A stretch of 48,444 nucleotides of DNA, taken from Lachnospiraceae bacterium. GTDB taxonomy: Bacteria > Bacillota > Clostridia > Lachnospirales > Lachnospiraceae. Of the stretch, positions 45,235-48,444 are shown piece by piece. Below the pieces are notes generated by a model. The model saw nothing but the letters and a program-made list of their open reading frames with translations. It was not told where the DNA came from and searched no databases. Each line of letters begins with the position of its first letter. Position 1 is the first letter of the stretch. Both the position numbers and the translations under genes were made by a program. The DNA lies in NCBI GenBank assembly GCA_045577235.1, contig JAZNHY010000039.1, positions 1 through 48,444 on the forward strand. Direction: 5' to 3'.

Positions 45235-46768
45235 ATAAAAGATTATCTACGAAAGTATCCTGGAAGTTTGGAGATGAAGCTAATTCTAAGAATTCCACTT
45301 TTTCCCGGATCGTCTGTGCCCGTTCAAATTCATCGATATTTAATGTTGCAATGCGGGATCCTTCACCGGCTGCATTGCCAATCATCTCGATCCTGTCTTC
45401 CAATTCGATTGGCAGCATGCCGATACGGCAGGCTGAGTGCGGGTCCATGTAGTTTCCAAAAGCTCCGGCGATCATGATCTTTTTGATGTCAGAAATATTA
45501 ATGCCCAGCTTTTCTGCCATCAGCTCGATACCGGCAGCAATGGCACCCTTGGCCAGCTGCACTTCCCTGACGTCTTTCTGTGAAAGATAAACACCATCTT
45601 TCAATTTAAAAGCCAGAAGATTCGTTTCTTCCTGCCGATATACATAATCGAATTCCTCATCGATCTTTCCGGACTCATCGATCAATTCAATATCCAGACC
45701 GCAGGCGATCGCGTCCATCAGACCACTGCCGCAAATACCGACAGCTTTGACATCATCAATCACATGGCATTCAAGATTAGTTCCATCTGCCTTGATATGA
45801 TCGATTGCTCCGCTCATGCCACGCATACCGCATTCGATCTTTGCACCCTCAAATGCAGGACCAGCTGCTGTGGAGCAGGCGATCATATGGTCTTTATTAC
45901 CCATGACCATTTCACCGTTAGTTCCGATATCAATCATCAGGGAAAGATCTTCTATTTCGTCAAATGCGGTCGCCAGAAGACATCCTACAGTATCTGCACC
46001 TACAAATCCGGCAATATTTGGCAGAATCTGCACTTTTCCTTCCGGATTGATCAGCATATCCACTTCAGCCGGAGTGACAGTCATATAATCTTTTACGACT
46101 GCTTCATAAGGAACAACTGTAAGAGGCGTCGGATCGATGCCCATATATAAATGATGCATACAGGTGTTGCCGACAACCGTAGCAACATAGATCTGTTCTT
46201 TTTCTTTTCCGGCTTGTGCACAGGCTTCCTCTAAAAGCTGGTTCAATGCATCACGGATGACCTTTGATAATTCTGATAATCCTCCAGCGATGGCATATTC
46301 GCATCTGGAAATAACATCAGCACCAAACTGACTTTGTGGATTCAGCATACTGGCATGTGCCAGTTCTTTTCCTGTAGCCAGATCCAGCAGATAACAGACG
46401 ACGGAAGTCGTACCAATATCAAAAGCAGCACCCAGTGCATTTTTTTGTCCAATTTCCTCTGCGGAAAGACGCGGTTTGATCTCATAAGTCCGTTTGGTTC
46501 CTGTCTCTAAGATATGCAGATCATTTTCTTCCTTCACTTCGATGGTCATATCTTCTTCTACTTTGAACTGGCAGGCACGTACAGTGCGGTGATAGCCATT
46601 ATCCTGCACGATATCTACCAGACATTTTCCGCATGTCCCCTGTCCGCCGCAAGGTGCATCCGGATGAAGTCCAGCTTTGATCTGAACATCCAGAAGTGTT
46701 GTCCCTTCCTGGACTTCAATTGTTATATCATTCGGTAAGATCTTAACTGTAAACATCTTATTCTCCAT
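45227..46768 (-). CDS. ASKHA-fold DUF4445 protein with N-terminal plant-type [2Fe-2S] ferredoxin domain (RACo-like corrinoid reductive activator family)
   Basis: The N-terminus reads PCGGQGTCGKCLV...RACQF (a Cx5Cx2C...C ferredoxin). It is followed by the actin-like ATPase motifs AFDIGTTSV and MIDIGTNGEM. The start may instead be the second ATG at 46756, which has a GGAGAA RBS. Confidence 0.75.
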   Translation of the reverse strand: MENKMFTVKILPNDITIEVQEGTTLLDVQIKAGLHPDAPCGGQGTCGKCLVDIVQDNGYHRTVRACQFKVEEDMTIEVKEENDLHILETGTKRTYEIKPRLSAEEIGQKNALGAAFDIGTTSVVCYLLDLATGKELAHASMLNPQSQFGADVISRCEYAIAGGLSELSKVIRDALNQLLEEACAQAGKEKEQIYVATVVGNTCMHHLYMGIDPTPLTVVPYEAVVKDYMTVTPAEVDMLINPEGKVQILPNIAGFVGADTVGCLLATAFDEIEDLSLMIDIGTNGEMVMGNKDHMIACSTAAGPAFEGAKIECGMRGMSGAIDHIKADGTNLECHVIDDVKAVGICGSGLMDAIACGLDIELIDESGKIDEEFDYVYRQEETNLLAFKLKDGVYLSQKDVREVQLAKGAIAAGIELMAEKLGINISDIKKIMIAGAFGNYMDPHSACRIGMLPIELEDRIEMIGNAAGEGSRIATLNIDEFERAQTIREKVEFLELASSPNFQDTFVDNLLFE

Positions 46769-47307
46769 TAATCGTTATATAAAAAGCACCCGCTGTAGCA
46801 CATTTTTTCAGGTCCGTAATTATAGGCCACGTTATTCTTCTTACAGACATCTGACACATAAAGCCCATAGGACTCCATGGAGGACACTGCTTTTTCCGGG
46901 AATCTGCACGGAGCATCCGGATAAGTACACTCCTTGCATCTATTGCAGCCGCCGGCATTTAACGGAAGCATATCCGGAAGCTCTGGGCGCAGTTTATCCA
47001 GACATTCAATAAAACGCTCGTTATGCATTTTTGTCACTTCCATAATGCCTTCAAAATCCATGCTGTCCTCAATATCTCCGACAGTCTGCACCAAGATACC
47101 TTTGGAATAAGAATGCATTCTCGCGTCGCATTCCTCAATCTCTCCACATCCCGGAGGACACGTCCAGCATTTACCATACATTCCACACGTATTCACAGCA
47201 CACATATCCCGCACTTCCGTAAGAGCCTGCAGTGTGGAAACATCCAGTGGAACGGCTGTCTCAAAACCAACACTTTTTGCAATTTCAATCAGTTTTTCCT
47301 GTTCCAT
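46768..47307 (-). CDS. DUF2284 family predicted metal-binding protein
   Basis: The 179-aa Cys-rich protein has CAVNTCGMYGKCWTCPPGCG and GGCNRCKECTYPDAPCRFP. Confidence 0.7.
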   Translation of the reverse strand: MEQEKLIEIAKSVGFETAVPLDVSTLQALTEVRDMCAVNTCGMYGKCWTCPPGCGEIEECDARMHSYSKGILVQTVGDIEDSMDFEGIMEVTKMHNERFIECLDKLRPELPDMLPLNAGGCNRCKECTYPDAPCRFPEKAVSSMESYGLYVSDVCKKNNVAYNYGPEKMCYSGCFLYND

Positions 47308-47310
47308 TTG

Positions 47311-48417
47311 TTACTCCTTTTCTTTCGATTCACAGTAGATGCATCTTCCATTCACGAAAATCTGATCCAACTCCTGCTCAACGGACGAGATGCACTTAGG
47401 ATTTGTACATTTACTGATATTAATTTTAGCACCTTTATAGCCAAATTCATAGTGAGGAACAAAATGTCTTGTTTCTCCTCGTTTCATAGCAGCCGTTTCT
47501 TCTGCATTGTCTTTGAAAAGTTTCAGGATCAAAGCCATTCGCATGAATTTCCCATTCAAAGCCTGATCAAAATAAGCTGCTCTCGGATCTCCATCCACCT
47601 TTGCACTGATCTCATTCACACGCGGAAGCGGATGTAATAGACACATATCTTCCTTCGCTAATGCCATGTTCTCTACAGTCAGGCAGAAACTGTCTTTCAG
47701 TTTTTCATAATTTGCCGGATCTTTGAACCGTTCTCTCTGGATCCTGGTCATATACAAAATATCCAGTTTTGGGATAGCCGAATTCAGATCTGTCGTTTCT
47801 TCATATGCGATTCCCTTTTCGTCCATCATCTCTTTCACATAATCCGGGAGTTTCAATTCTTCCGGAGCGATCAGAATGTAGCGGTTGTCCGGATAGCGGC
47901 TCATCGCGTTGATAAGGGAATGAACCGTCCTGCCGTACAAAAGATCTCCGCATAAACCAATCACCAGATGATCAAAACGTCCTTTATAACGGTGGATCGT
48001 CAAAAGATCTGCCATCGTCTGTGTCGGATGGCAGTGTCCCCCATCCCCGGCATTGATGATCGGAGTGCTCGAATTACGGGCAGCTACCAGCGCACTTCCT
48101 TCCAGAGGATGTCTCATAGCGATCATGTCTGCATAACAATTTACGATTTTGATCGTATCTGCAACTGACTCCCCTTTTGTACTGCTCGATGCCTTGTCCG
48201 CACTAGGAAGGGAAATGACCGATCCTCCTAAGGACTGCATGGCTGCTTCAAAAGAAAGACGGGTTCTGGTTGACGGCTCAAAAAATAAAGTCGCCAGGAT
48301 TTTCCCTTCACAGGCATGTGCATATTTAGCCGGATTAGCGATGATATCCATCGCTGTTTCCATTAATTCGCTGATTTCTTCCACAGACAGATCTGTGATG
48401 TCAATGATACTTCTCAT
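47311..48417 (-). CDS. pyrB: Aspartate carbamoyltransferase catalytic chain with a C-terminally fused PyrI-type zinc domain
   Basis: Residues ~1-302 carry the ATCase motifs FFEPSTRTRLSFE, HPTQ, HPLPRV and RMAL. Residues ~331-365 read ISKCTNPKCISSVEQELDQIFVNGRCIYCES, the Cx4C...Cx2C pattern of the regulatory-chain zinc domain. Confidence 0.85.
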   Translation of the reverse strand: MRSIIDITDLSVEEISELMETAMDIIANPAKYAHACEGKILATLFFEPSTRTRLSFEAAMQSLGGSVISLPSADKASSSTKGESVADTIKIVNCYADMIAMRHPLEGSALVAARNSSTPIINAGDGGHCHPTQTMADLLTIHRYKGRFDHLVIGLCGDLLYGRTVHSLINAMSRYPDNRYILIAPEELKLPDYVKEMMDEKGIAYEETTDLNSAIPKLDILYMTRIQRERFKDPANYEKLKDSFCLTVENMALAKEDMCLLHPLPRVNEISAKVDGDPRAAYFDQALNGKFMRMALILKLFKDNAEETAAMKRGETRHFVPHYEFGYKGAKINISKCTNPKCISSVEQELDQIFVNGRCIYCESKEKE

Positions 48418-48444
48418 GTTTTCCCCTTATCTGCTTCTTTATTT

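Overview
This 48.4-kb window reads as core chromosome of an anaerobic, spore-forming Firmicute (Clostridia, Lachnospiraceae-like). The taxonomic guess is inference from gene content only: an Rnf complex, a PPi-type PFK, and GerW/YtfI/SpoVB-like genes. About 50 CDS are almost all on the minus strand (1-35603 and 38330-48417), and a short plus-strand island carries rpmB-fba-pfk (35789-38281).

Recognisable content:
- ssrA (tmRNA) with smpB and secG nearby
- two tandem CapA-family paralogs
- gpmI-nadK-tlyA-dxs-ispA-xseBA-nusB-asp23
- rlmH, alaS and tyrS
- rnfCDGEA
- murF-ddl-recG-yloV-yloU
- sporulation genes (gerW, ytfI)
- ybeY-phoH-rpsU-yraN
- a RACo-like ASKHA protein, a DUF2284 protein and a pyrB with a fused PyrI zinc domain

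Two genes are missing from the ORF track. One is a partial FAD-oxidoreductase gene at 1-1383 (-). The other is the 58-aa rpsU at 44599-44775 (-).

I see no transposase, integrase, CRISPR/cas, recognisable defence system or toxin-antitoxin pair.

The least explained signal is non-coding. The gap between ssrA and the FAD-oxidoreductase gene holds an exactly 52-nt-phased array of GGNCC-type cores, with embedded identical hairpins (1485-1802).

Secondary oddities:
- the PyrB-PyrI(Zn) fusion and its neighbourhood
- an rnf operon without rnfB
- CapA paralogs with long Arg-rich N-tails
- tyrS and alaS without T-box leaders
- smpB starting directly behind a terminator
- window-wide GATC excess

All functional calls come from reading motifs in the translations. 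No database search was run.
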